IMG/VR virus record: IMGVR_UViG_3300027734_000048
Coordinates: 1 to 64,000 of that record
Source: a virus
Strand: one strand, 5' to 3'
Length of the DNA: 64,000 nt
This document shows positions 36,769 to 46,712 of this stretch, piece after piece. Each line of letters starts with the position of its first letter. Positions within the stretch are counted from its first letter, which is position 1. The notes beneath the pieces were generated by a model. The model was not told where the DNA came from, did no database searches, and worked only from the letters and a program-made list of their open reading frames with translations. A program made the translations under genes and the position numbers.

Positions 36769-37989
36769 CTACTTATCTTCAAAATCTTTATATCTATAGT
36801 ATCCCTTATCAAAATCTACCTGCACAAGGAAATCCCCCATAAATCCATGACGGTTCTTTCTAAAGGCACATTCAATAACATCACTATTTGCAGCACGACC
36901 AAGGGCAATAACCCAGTCTGCATCGTATGCAATCTGTCTAGACCATGCTGTTTGACCTAGTGTAGGGACCGTAGAAAGGTCATTGACATCATCTGGTGTA
37001 GCAGATGAGATAGCAATAATAGGAACCTCTTCACCAATAGCCATTAGTTTTAGTTCTCGTGAAAGATTCTTCATTCGTACTGTTTCATTGTCTGACTTCT
37101 GATTAGGAGCCATCAACTGAAGGTAGTCAACGATTACAAAATCTGGCTTATACTGGTCAATCTTTCCACGAAGAACCGAAGGATTAATCTCGCCACCTTG
37201 ATCATTAGAAATAATATGGAACTCAGGCTTGCCCTGAAGGTTCTTTGCATGCCACGATTTCAGCATGTCTAACTCAATCTCACCATTTGAAATCTTTCTA
37301 TGTGACCAAAGACCTTCACCCATGATTGTGAATACACGGTTACGCACTTCTGTTTCTGACATCTCAAGTGAGATTACAAGGGGTGTCTTACCCTGTTTCC
37401 AGGCCTGTACAGCAAAGTATAGAGCCATCCATGACTTTCCTATACCTGGGTATGCTAAAAAGACTCCTAGTTGACCTGGCATAATTCCTGCTGGAAGATA
37501 GTTGTCAAATCCTGGAAGATTAGTTTTAATTCCAACCTTGCCAAGTGCCTGCTGCTCTTTCATATTTTCAAAGTATGCGATTGCGGATTCAAGATCTGTT
37601 ACATCAATATCACGAATTGCGGAAGTATTCTTTTTTAATTCTGATGTTTGTGTAATGAGTGAGTCTAAAGCCTTTACTCCTTCACCCTGCTGAACATCTG
37701 TAGCAGCAGAACGAAGAATGTCCTTTAGGCTATCGTTTAAGTATTCTGTTTGAAGTTCTTCCAAGTGGTGCTTTGTTGCTCCAACACCTTGGATAGGCTC
37801 AAAATCTCTAAATTTTTCAACAACCAAAGAAACTGGAGGAACTGCAGAGTTGTGCTCAAAATAATTTCTTACAAAATTCCAAACATCGTTATGGGTTCTA
37901 AGAAGGTTGTCTATATTTGCTTGAAGCAAAACATGAACTTGCTTATCTTCAAGAACTGCAGTGATCAATTTTGCTTCTGTATTATTCAC
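36769..37989 (-). CDS. dnaB: DnaB-like replicative helicase
   Basis: AYPGIGKS, SLEMS, IVDYLQLM, KNRHG. Confidence 0.95.
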   Translation of the reverse strand: MNNTEAKLITAVLEDKQVHVLLQANIDNLLRTHNDVWNFVRNYFEHNSAVPPVSLVVEKFRDFEPIQGVGATKHHLEELQTEYLNDSLKDILRSAATDVQQGEGVKALDSLITQTSELKKNTSAIRDIDVTDLESAIAYFENMKEQQALGKVGIKTNLPGFDNYLPAGIMPGQLGVFLAYPGIGKSWMALYFAVQAWKQGKTPLVISLEMSETEVRNRVFTIMGEGLWSHRKISNGEIELDMLKSWHAKNLQGKPEFHIISNDQGGEINPSVLRGKIDQYKPDFVIVDYLQLMAPNQKSDNETVRMKNLSRELKLMAIGEEVPIIAISSATPDDVNDLSTVPTLGQTAWSRQIAYDADWVIALGRAANSDVIECAFRKNRHGFMGDFLVQVDFDKGYYRYKDFEDK

Positions 37990-38290
37990 TTAACCACTCC
38001 TTAGCCATTCTTCTTCTTTCCGCTCTTTCTTTATCATCCTGCTGCTTATCTAATCTTGCTTGTAATATTTTTTCTGCATTGTACGCAAAGTAATTCCAAG
38101 AAGGAGACTGAGCGACACCAAAGTAGTACTCAAGAAGATCGTAGCACTGTCCTATTCCGTATGACTCAATAAGGGCATCTGAAGCCCATTGCTCTACATT
38201 TAAATTTAACGATGGCTTTTGCTCATACTTTGCAGTATGGAACTTGCTGTAGCGTGAAAGCAAAGCCATTCGGTCTTTGCGTTCTGCCAT
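37982..38290 (-). CDS. hypothetical protein
   Basis: ORF coupled to dnaB. Confidence 0.7.
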   Translation of the reverse strand: MAERKDRMALLSRYSKFHTAKYEQKPSLNLNVEQWASDALIESYGIGQCYDLLEYYFGVAQSPSWNYFAYNAEKILQARLDKQQDDKERAERRRMAKEWLSE

Positions 38291-38496
38291 TATTCTGCGA
38301 TTTCAGACTTTGCTTCGTTAATCTTTTCAGTTAACTTATCTTCTACAAACTTGTAAACACGCTCAAAAGCATCGTTTGTATTTTCACCTTCACGCTTAGA
38401 ATCAATCACATTAAGATCAATCCTTAGTGACTGAAAGTTACCAAGGTTAAGTGTATACCCCAAAGTAACTCCAACTTTAGTGTCTTCGTTTTGCAT
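38290..38496 (-). CDS. hypothetical protein
   Basis: GYTLNLGNFQSLRID; AAGGGG SD before ATG 38496. Confidence 0.7.
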   Translation of the reverse strand: MQNEDTKVGVTLGYTLNLGNFQSLRIDLNVIDSKREGENTNDAFERVYKFVEDKLTEKINEAKSEIAE

Positions 38497-38513
38497 TTCA
38501 TACCCCTTTATTA

Positions 38514-39056
38514 TTAAATAGATTCTCCCCAAATAGGGATAAACCTTCCATCTTCAGTTCTTGTATATGTAATTATACCGTCCCCCATCCGTCTTGTCAA
38601 CTCTTGTGTGGATGGTGTAATATCATTTGTTATTAAATTGTCTTTTCTTGGTCTACCAATATGGTACGTAGCAAGTATATCACGTATCTCCCGTACCTGC
38701 GATTCTGAGTAATATGATCTAACCTGAAACCCCCTTGCTCCGCCTTTTTGTGATCCAGTAGGGAAAGGAATGATTCCTCGTTTCATTAGTGATGGCATAT
38801 ATTTTTTATGACGATTAACTAAATCAGCAGTCTGACCTACAGTATATGCTCGTTCACGATTTTTTTTAAAATCATTAATTAAACAACTTTCGATTTGATC
38901 TTTTGTAATATTATAAACAGACATAATGCCATTAGACCTGTTGAGGTGATGTACTCTAACTAGATCACCATTCAAAAACCAAACCTTTTTGTTACCAGGA
39001 ATTACAGGGGAGAGATTGTAGTTTTCGCTCTCAATTTTTCCTTTTCTAGTAGCCAT
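38514..39056 (-). CDS. DNA-binding protein with a MerR-like HTH
   Basis: YTVGQTADLVNR...RGIIP...YYSESQV. Confidence 0.65.
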   Translation of the reverse strand: MATRKGKIESENYNLSPVIPGNKKVWFLNGDLVRVHHLNRSNGIMSVYNITKDQIESCLINDFKKNRERAYTVGQTADLVNRHKKYMPSLMKRGIIPFPTGSQKGGARGFQVRSYYSESQVREIRDILATYHIGRPRKDNLITNDITPSTQELTRRMGDGIITYTRTEDGRFIPIWGESI

Positions 39057-39193
39057 CGCCCCTCTTTTGATTGCTCAGGTGGATTAAAAAATTTTCTAGA
39101 TCCACAGTACATACAGTATGTTTCTAAATGAGAAACTGAAGTATACTGTCTATCAACAAACATTCTTTTATTACATCTATCACATTTAATCAT
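39002..39193 (-). CDS. small zinc-ribbon protein
   Basis: C-x2-C...C-x2-CG. Confidence 0.7.
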   Translation of the reverse strand: MIKCDRCNKRMFVDRQYTSVSHLETYCMYCGSRKFFNPPEQSKEGRWLLEKEKLRAKTTISPL

Positions 39194-39196
39194 TAT

Positions 39197-39640
39197 TTAG
39201 TTAGGTATTCCAATAATTATAATATTGACATCAACTGACATATCACCAGTTGTACCAAACCTTACAATTCCATCAACCTTAGAGGTTGTTATATTTTTTA
39301 AAACTACTGATACATTCTTACCAGCATCTGTTCCACCAGTGTTAACTGGGGTTGCAGTTGCAATGGGTGCATACTTAAAGTCTGTTGGGAAGTCATATGA
39401 AAATGCTACTTCTGTTCCTGCTTGTCGTGTTGAACTATTTACTACATTTACATACCCGCCAATAATTCTAGCCTCGGAAGCCTTAACGCTTTGCTTTCCA
39501 ACACCAGGGGTATCTACTGTTACATATTTATATGTTGCTGGAGATATTTGTGATGATAAATCATTAACAGTATTTGCTAATTGATAAATATAAGCAACAT
39601 CTAGTGGTTGCCCTCTTTCAGGTAAAGGTAATTTTGCCAT
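39197..39640 (-). CDS. putative tail-tip or minor structural protein
   Basis: last gene of the structural run; beta-rich C-terminus. Confidence 0.55.
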   Translation of the reverse strand: MAKLPLPERGQPLDVAYIYQLANTVNDLSSQISPATYKYVTVDTPGVGKQSVKASEARIIGGYVNVVNSSTRQAGTEVAFSYDFPTDFKYAPIATATPVNTGGTDAGKNVSVVLKNITTSKVDGIVRFGTTGDMSVDVNIIIIGIPN

Positions 39641-39649
39641 GGTTATATA

Positions 39650-39658
39650 ATTATACCA
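39650..39658 (-). promoter_or_regulatory. extended -10 promoter TGGTATAAT
   Basis: 9 nt upstream of ATG 39640; overlaps the upstream stop. Confidence 0.6.
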
Positions 39659-40091
39659 CTAAGTCAATCTGGTTGGATTCAAAAAGTGTAGCAGAACTAA
39701 ATCTTTCTTTTGGAAAAGTTGGTATTTGTGCTGCAACTTTTACCTTTGTGGCACCATTCTTAATTACACTAGCATAGATTGTTGAATATACAGTTGTAAC
39801 ATATTTCCACTCTTCATTATCCCACTTAATATAAATATCAAACTCAGACTTTATAGTATTATCTGGTGTCCAAACTGCTGTTATAGTTGAACCAGATTTA
39901 GTCACAGAAAAAGGTACAGTAGTTGTATTTGGTATAGCGACTCTATATTTTTGTGACCAATAAGAATATCTATTTTTATCATCACTGACAATTCTGTATC
40001 TAACCACATAGTCTTGTCCAACACCAGATATTTCTGGTAATGAAGATTTTGATATAATAACCTTTTTTACTCTAGAGTTTTCTTGTGCCAT
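39651..40091 (-). CDS. putative tail-associated protein
   Basis: position in the tail module; beta-rich. Confidence 0.6.
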   Translation of the reverse strand: MAQENSRVKKVIISKSSLPEISGVGQDYVVRYRIVSDDKNRYSYWSQKYRVAIPNTTTVPFSVTKSGSTITAVWTPDNTIKSEFDIYIKWDNEEWKYVTTVYSTIYASVIKNGATKVKVAAQIPTFPKERFSSATLFESNQIDLVV

Positions 40092-41248
40092 TATTGAACA
40101 TCCAAGGCAAACCTAAATTCAATATAGTTTGTTGTGTTTGCAGATTTTACAATAGTTGCTGCATCTTTATTTTTAATAACAGAATATCCAGTCATTCCAT
40201 AAAGTGGGTTTGACGAACTTGTATTTTCAAGTTTTAAAGCATCTAAGGCAATATAAAAGTTATCTGTTGGGCTGCCATTGTCTGTGACACATGCATAAAT
40301 CTTAACAACATCAACCTGACTCCATGTAAAGCCAGCACTCTTATATAATTCTTGTAGTTGTTTTGTTGCTACAACATATCTATTTGTAGCAAAATTATGC
40401 TGATCTATTCTAGTTCCATTATTAATATTTACCTGAAATCTTGCAAATTGACCGACAAGCGAATCAGAAGAAGAAAACTCTACCATTATTCTAACATTGT
40501 CTGGAACACTTGTTGATTCTCCATCTTTATTAACTACCGCAAAAGATAGTTTAATTTCATCAGTAGGTGAGTTTTTATTAAAGTCTAGTATTGCACCAGT
40601 CAAATGTATATGCTCTGAGTTATCTCCTATTACTAAATTTCCAGATCCATCAATAGTTAGCGTGGAAGAATTTCCCTTAAGCATAATTGTATTATTTAAA
40701 AATCTACATCTTTCATATCTTAAAACTCTTCCTTGATCTGTAAAAATTCTGTTATCTGCGTTTGTTTGAAAAACTTTTGCAACAACTTGAGATCCTTCTC
40801 TTGTAGCCATAACATCACTAATTATATTATTTGAATCATTGTCTAGTGGTGTATACTTTACTGGAATTTGATATGCACCCTGGGCATCGTGGTGTTCCCA
40901 ATTTTCATCTTGTGTAAAAGCATAAATAGATTTACTATCATAGGCACCTGCAGCAGTATTAGATCCCGCAGAAAAAATACCAACTTCGCTAATCTCATAT
41001 CTTTCTTCACTTGGCAATTCTGCAGTTAAAACAATTTTTGTAATTCCATCTTCGCTCACATAACCTCTTGAAGTAATCGGTACACGGAACATCTCAAAAT
41101 CAAGTCTTTCTTTAGTTGAATAATCGCCAAGAACTGCGTCAGAGTTTAAAGGCCTTGAACCGCAGCCAATAGCAATATACGAGGCATAGGCAGAAGCCTG
41201 ACCAAGTAGATATTTGGCTAAAATATTTTTTCCAGTATTAGTAATCAT
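40091..41248 (-). CDS. putative tail or baseplate protein
   Basis: MITNTGK...YIAIGCG...ISEVGIFS tail-fibre-base-like N-terminus. Confidence 0.65.
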   Translation of the reverse strand: MITNTGKNILAKYLLGQASAYASYIAIGCGSRPLNSDAVLGDYSTKERLDFEMFRVPITSRGYVSEDGITKIVLTAELPSEERYEISEVGIFSAGSNTAAGAYDSKSIYAFTQDENWEHHDAQGAYQIPVKYTPLDNDSNNIISDVMATREGSQVVAKVFQTNADNRIFTDQGRVLRYERCRFLNNTIMLKGNSSTLTIDGSGNLVIGDNSEHIHLTGAILDFNKNSPTDEIKLSFAVVNKDGESTSVPDNVRIMVEFSSSDSLVGQFARFQVNINNGTRIDQHNFATNRYVVATKQLQELYKSAGFTWSQVDVVKIYACVTDNGSPTDNFYIALDALKLENTSSSNPLYGMTGYSVIKNKDAATIVKSANTTNYIEFRFALDVQ

Positions 41249-41736
41249 TATTGCACCTCATATATTGTATCATTAAAAAATTTTCCATTTCTTAGTATTT
41301 GAACTTCTACTTGCTCATCATCCTCTACATTTACTAGTTCAATAACTAGATTTCCCGTAGCCTCATCGATGTAAACTGTTGATCCATTTTCTCCTGTTCC
41401 AGTGGTTGGAACTTTGTTTGCTGCATTAATTGGAAATTTTTTAAAATAGTTCTCAGATGTATCTTGTAGGGCCAAAATATTTTGCGGATTATACTGATAG
41501 TTAATGCTTGCCAAATTTTTAATTGGTTGATAAATAATATCCTGACCATTAACAATGTCAGTTCTGGATATATTAATAATTTCTTGACCACCTATATCTT
41601 CAAATATAAGATCAGTCATTACCTCTAAAGGTGTTTCATCATAACTTGTAATTATAAGGTTGGTGGTTGCAGCAAGTACCCCTGTATCTGCGTTAGATGC
41701 AGTAGTATCTGGTGTAAGTGGTATTGCACTTGCCAT
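41248..41736 (-). CDS. putative tail protein
   Basis: position in the tail module. Confidence 0.6.
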   Translation of the reverse strand: MASAIPLTPDTTASNADTGVLAATTNLIITSYDETPLEVMTDLIFEDIGGQEIINISRTDIVNGQDIIYQPIKNLASINYQYNPQNILALQDTSENYFKKFPINAANKVPTTGTGENGSTVYIDEATGNLVIELVNVEDDEQVEVQILRNGKFFNDTIYEVQ

Positions 41737-41737
41737 A

Positions 41738-44700
41738 TTAAATTTCGCTCAGATAAACAGTCATATCTGGCCCTCCAGAACTTTTAGCATACTCTATATT
41801 ATATACTACAAACCTAGAGTTAGATGATGATATTTGATTTACTGAGTCTTTATCCTTATAGTCAATAGTGACAACATCTCCTAGTTGAACTGTTGGTGTT
41901 GCAAAAACCTTAAGACTAACAGATTTTCTTGGCTTAACAACTTTATTGACAATCCACTCCATTAGCCTGTTTGCGTCATCTTGTGTTTGTATGTATGGTG
42001 TTTCTAATGAAAAATCTTTTTTACCATAGGTAATTCTGCTTACTTTAATATCTTGATAATCATTATCATACTTTATAGGAGATTTTAATAATGTTGATCC
42101 GCTTAGTTGAGGATTTGAAAAATCACTATTTTTATTAAAATACTCATCCATTGTCAATTGGTGTTGTGACTCTTGTGTAAAAGTTATACCTTGAATTCTT
42201 AAGTAATTGCCAGTTGTCTCATCTAGGCTTAGTGCGGTATCTGTTGCATTGAATATTAAAAATTCTGCTCCATAAGATCCTGCTCTAAATCCAGATACTG
42301 TATACCCCTTAATCTTATTAAATGTTGGAGACAGTTTTGCATATAATGCTGGATAGGCTTTGTCATAACGAATATTAAAGTATGCTGCTTCTCTCATAAT
42401 GGTACCAAATTCTTCAAAGTACATATTATATTGTGGTGGCTGAGACGGATTAATACCAGATAAATAGGTTGATTGAACAATACCACTCATTGCATATTTT
42501 CTGAATGATTCATTTGCATCTATCTCAGAATCATTAATCGCTGACATAACTGGTGTATCAAGAGCAAAGGTTGTATTTTGACTATAATTATTTGTTAATG
42601 CGTAGATATTTTCAAACATACATCTTGCAGATCCTCTTACAAACATAGCCATATTGTTATATACTGGCAAAGGAGAAGTATCGTCAACAGTTGCAACAAG
42701 TTTGTTGTTTATGTATAAGTAGAACCTTCTACTGTTTCCAATATTTCTATACTCAACTGCTAAATCATATACCGTTGGATTTTGCTCGCCAACCATTCTG
42801 TATTGACCAGTAAACTTTCCATCGTCAACTGTTATGCTTGCAAGACCACCCCAAAGTTTAACTGGTATAGCATCGGATGTGGCAGAGTCACGCTTTATCT
42901 TATAAAAGATTACATTGTGAAGATTTTCAGCAGATTTATTATAACTACTGATGTTATTTTCTGTTAGTGCTAAAATTTCAAAATAGTATCCAACATTTGT
43001 TGTTGGATTTAGCATAACGGCTAATCCGCCAGAACCAGCACTAATATTAATATTTTGATCTGGAGAATTACCAGTTACCACAAAGTATGTATCACTACCA
43101 ATTGGAGTCTGACCACGGTTCTGGTTATTTTCAATTTTACCAACAATTCTCATTCTTGTACCAAAATGTTTAAATGAGTCTGTCAATGGTTTATGTACAT
43201 ACGAAATAAAGTCAATGCCTTTTTGAGTAGTTGTAAAAGATGGACCATTTAAAATAAATGCAGACGACTGGATTGTTCCAGTTTGGGTTGTTTTAAGTTT
43301 ATTAAAATCTTTTTCTGTGCCATAATATTGAGACAAGAAATTTTTCATAATTCCTGATCTAGTGGATTGAGTTGCCAAATCATTGCTAACTCCTGCTGCA
43401 AGATTGTCTAATGTTAAAAGTGCAATCTTTGCATCTGCTTCAGTTTTACTTGCAAGACTAAACAAATAATCAGACTTCATTGAGCAGCCACGAACATTTG
43501 CATTATCGGACCAGTATGAATTTAAGCCAGCATTGTGCTTTAGAACACTTGTGCCAAACTGACCTCTACCGTGCTTTGCTACTTCTCCATTTTTTAATTT
43601 AGTGATTCCATTTATAGTTTGATAATTTGGATATGAATAAATTCTCACCAATCCTGTTGGATAGATCTTTCCATTATGACTTAGTTTGGAAAAATAGTTT
43701 TGATAATCAGTTACACTTGTAATCCATACATTGCCAATACCGCTGACACTATACTGAACTGCATCATATTTTATGATTTCTCCATTTGCATAAAAATATC
43801 CATTGTATCTTGAAAGCCAATAAATGCCCTCTCCTAAATCCATTGTATTATTAATCATTATATTATTAGAAACGCTTGGAACTGTATCGGATAAATCAGA
43901 GTTAAGTGGTATAGCACCCAAAACATAACTAGACTGCTTATTTGCTTGATCATTAATAGACTTTGTATTATCGTCCCCAGCAACTTCCCACAATAATACT
44001 GGTTTGTATATCCATGTTTTTTCCTGATCAATAATGCTTGCTTGCCTAATTGATCCATATGTTTTTTGAATATATCTTGTCTTATAGTTAATACTTCCAT
44101 CATTAAAAATTTCATTATTTTGAGAGTTAATAGAAATTATGTTTGCAAGTTTTTCATTGGTAGTTTTGTTATTAATTGCACCTTCTTCAATAAAATCTTT
44201 GGTACCATAAAATTCAAAATCAGTTTCTCTTTCTGACTCTTTTGGAAGAATGTAATTTTTACTCATCATTACAAAATTATTATATTCATCAAAGAACATT
44301 GCTGTCTGTGTTGATATCGCTAATTGATTTAATAGTTCAGCAACGCTAGTGTCTGGCGGAATAAAGAAGTATGGAATAATCTGATCAACTTCACCATCTA
44401 CTCTTTTAAATGAATAGTTGGTAAAACCAATTGAATCTAAAAGTGTTGAGACTGCATAACTAAGAGATACATTTGTAACTAGCAGTTGTGGGGCATTGAT
44501 TGATTCTAGGTAAAAGAATAGATCTCTTAATTTTAAAGAAACTTGTCTTGTTTCATTGTTTGACTCTGGAAAACCTTCTGTATACATTGTCTTAATTGGA
44601 ACAAAATAATCATACCCATTTACATTCATAATTATTTCATAAAACTTAACTTGTATATTTTTAGTTATATAGTTTTTAATAATACTGTTGTTATTATTTG

Positions 44701-46057
44701 GATTAAATGCTTGATCGTAGTCAAATAGTTTTAGGGTTCCATTTGATGCAAGCAATTGACCAACTGGAAGGCCAGAAGATCCTAAATCAGATGCCGTTTT
44801 TGTTATTGAAAAATCAACTGTCTTTCCTGATAAATCTACAACTAATCTTGGTGATAGTTCAATTAGATCAAAAGTTGAGTCAGCCCTTGTCATTGTATCA
44901 ACAACAATTCTTAAGCCATTAATATAATCAAACTCTCTATACATTGGCAAACCATCAGATGCATTTGAGTACTGAATTGGAGATGTTGTATCTGTAACAA
45001 AGTTAGTTAATCTATCTACTGTTTCTTCACTTACATACCAGCCATATGTTGGAACAAAGGTCTCATACTTATCTGATACCCAAATATGATACGTGCCTAA
45101 AGAATCTTCATTTTCTTTAACTAAATATGCATAACCATTTATTGATGTTTCTGGTAAAGTTGATGTTGTAGCATGTTCTTCTGCTCTAATAAATGTATCT
45201 TGATATTTATCTGGAACGATTAATCCATATGCTAGTTCTACGTATCCATCTGAACCAATTATTGATGTACCATTTTTTCTTCTTGTGCTTGCATCAAATT
45301 TCTTTATGTCAACCCAGTTATTATTTTTAAGTGCTTGAATCTTCCATTTAACTGGTGTCTTTTTATTTGCATCACCATAGAATGGGTCTGAGAATGATTT
45401 AGAAGATGTTGAAAATGGACCAAGGTCAACAGAGCCAATATGTGTTTGCATTTTTACTACAACTCTATTTACTGGAATTTTATTTTTATAAACAACAAAT
45501 GGTGCTGTATCCTCAATGAAGTATTGGCCATTTAAGGTTTTATTTGCAACACCGTACTCAGAACCATTTTCAGTTCTATAAGATGTCCAGTATTTAAAGT
45601 AATCGCCTTTATCTGGCATATAATATCTTGGTCTTTTTGCCATATCTGAATTAGCATTATGAATATATGAGTTTGAAAAATAAGAAGACTTATTAATACC
45701 TGATCTTGGTCTAAATTTATAAAAACAGTTTTCTAGCGAATAAAGTAATTTAATGTATTCTTTTCTAGAAGTAAGTAGTGTTGGCTGATTTATATCGTCC
45801 ATTCCGCCATCAATTGTTACATCAGCATCGGTTGCTCCATAGTAAAACGGGACCTGTGTATTTTTGTCTTCTCCATCATTAAAACTAGAAATAATATTTT
45901 TATATACAGAACTATCTTGTGTTGGTCTATATCTATAATTGCCAATCTTTTGAATATTTTCTGGTATGTTCATATTCCACTCAGCAATTACAGCAGAGTT
46001 AGTTCTAATAACTGAAGATGTTTGAAGATGATTTTTTAATTCATCATTTTGAAACAT
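41738..46057 (-). CDS. large tail-tip (hub / central tail) protein
   Basis: 1439 aa, two genes downstream of the tape measure. Confidence 0.7.
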   Translation of the reverse strand: MFQNDELKNHLQTSSVIRTNSAVIAEWNMNIPENIQKIGNYRYRPTQDSSVYKNIISSFNDGEDKNTQVPFYYGATDADVTIDGGMDDINQPTLLTSRKEYIKLLYSLENCFYKFRPRSGINKSSYFSNSYIHNANSDMAKRPRYYMPDKGDYFKYWTSYRTENGSEYGVANKTLNGQYFIEDTAPFVVYKNKIPVNRVVVKMQTHIGSVDLGPFSTSSKSFSDPFYGDANKKTPVKWKIQALKNNNWVDIKKFDASTRRKNGTSIIGSDGYVELAYGLIVPDKYQDTFIRAEEHATTSTLPETSINGYAYLVKENEDSLGTYHIWVSDKYETFVPTYGWYVSEETVDRLTNFVTDTTSPIQYSNASDGLPMYREFDYINGLRIVVDTMTRADSTFDLIELSPRLVVDLSGKTVDFSITKTASDLGSSGLPVGQLLASNGTLKLFDYDQAFNPNNNNSIIKNYITKNIQVKFYEIIMNVNGYDYFVPIKTMYTEGFPESNNETRQVSLKLRDLFFYLESINAPQLLVTNVSLSYAVSTLLDSIGFTNYSFKRVDGEVDQIIPYFFIPPDTSVAELLNQLAISTQTAMFFDEYNNFVMMSKNYILPKESERETDFEFYGTKDFIEEGAINNKTTNEKLANIISINSQNNEIFNDGSINYKTRYIQKTYGSIRQASIIDQEKTWIYKPVLLWEVAGDDNTKSINDQANKQSSYVLGAIPLNSDLSDTVPSVSNNIMINNTMDLGEGIYWLSRYNGYFYANGEIIKYDAVQYSVSGIGNVWITSVTDYQNYFSKLSHNGKIYPTGLVRIYSYPNYQTINGITKLKNGEVAKHGRGQFGTSVLKHNAGLNSYWSDNANVRGCSMKSDYLFSLASKTEADAKIALLTLDNLAAGVSNDLATQSTRSGIMKNFLSQYYGTEKDFNKLKTTQTGTIQSSAFILNGPSFTTTQKGIDFISYVHKPLTDSFKHFGTRMRIVGKIENNQNRGQTPIGSDTYFVVTGNSPDQNINISAGSGGLAVMLNPTTNVGYYFEILALTENNISSYNKSAENLHNVIFYKIKRDSATSDAIPVKLWGGLASITVDDGKFTGQYRMVGEQNPTVYDLAVEYRNIGNSRRFYLYINNKLVATVDDTSPLPVYNNMAMFVRGSARCMFENIYALTNNYSQNTTFALDTPVMSAINDSEIDANESFRKYAMSGIVQSTYLSGINPSQPPQYNMYFEEFGTIMREAAYFNIRYDKAYPALYAKLSPTFNKIKGYTVSGFRAGSYGAEFLIFNATDTALSLDETTGNYLRIQGITFTQESQHQLTMDEYFNKNSDFSNPQLSGSTLLKSPIKYDNDYQDIKVSRITYGKKDFSLETPYIQTQDDANRLMEWIVNKVVKPRKSVSLKVFATPTVQLGDVVTIDYKDKDSVNQISSSNSRFVVYNIEYAKSSGGPDMTVYLSEI

Positions 46058-46058
46058 T

Positions 46059-46712
46059 CTATGCCTCTTCCAGGGTTACTGAGATATTCCAAAAATCATG
46101 ATTACTTCCGCCACGCTTTTGTACGCTATAAGAAAAATCACTAAAAAACATTTCAACCAATTGATTATATTGTCCAAGATGTCCATAGTCTGCATCATCT
46201 TTTCCAAAATTTGAATATTTATCATATGCTAGATATACCCAAAAAGATCCCTGATGGTTTTCATACCAATCAAGTAGTTCAACTCCACCAGCACCACCAT
46301 CAGAAGTATATTCTAAAGAGTTCTTTTCTTTTACTAATGGCTTTCCATTTGATGGATTAAACTCTGGAGCAAGTGCAAAAGATCTAGAAGGAAGCATACT
46401 CCAACTAGTAGAAATTGTCAACTTGTCTGCAACATGATAAGAACGCATTCTGCCATTAATCATTCTTTCACGCTTTTCAATTCTGGTTGGTTTAAAATCA
46501 ATCGGCTGTCTATTATCATCTGAAAGAATTAAAAATTGATTAAATGTGGATTCGTCTGTTTCTGATCCAGTTGTTGATCCAACCTCATAGCCATTTGGAA
46601 CATAAACACCATTAACTAGTGTGCCAGAGTTTTCTGACCATAACATTGCTTGTGGTCTTTGATACTTTCTTCTACCAGACATATAGGCAGCAGCATTTGG
46701 GTTAGTAGCCAT
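46059..46712 (-). CDS. putative distal tail protein
   Basis: directly follows the tape measure; ends WNISVTLEEA. Confidence 0.65.
   Translation of the reverse strand: MATNPNAAAYMSGRRKYQRPQAMLWSENSGTLVNGVYVPNGYEVGSTTGSETDESTFNQFLILSDDNRQPIDFKPTRIEKRERMINGRMRSYHVADKLTISTSWSMLPSRSFALAPEFNPSNGKPLVKEKNSLEYTSDGGAGGVELLDWYENHQGSFWVYLAYDKYSNFGKDDADYGHLGQYNQLVEMFFSDFSYSVQKRGGSNHDFWNISVTLEEA

Noticed and set aside
31614-37989. Inteins or introns in dnaE and dnaB
   Set aside because: Lengths are ordinary, motifs are contiguous and no splice-junction signature was seen.
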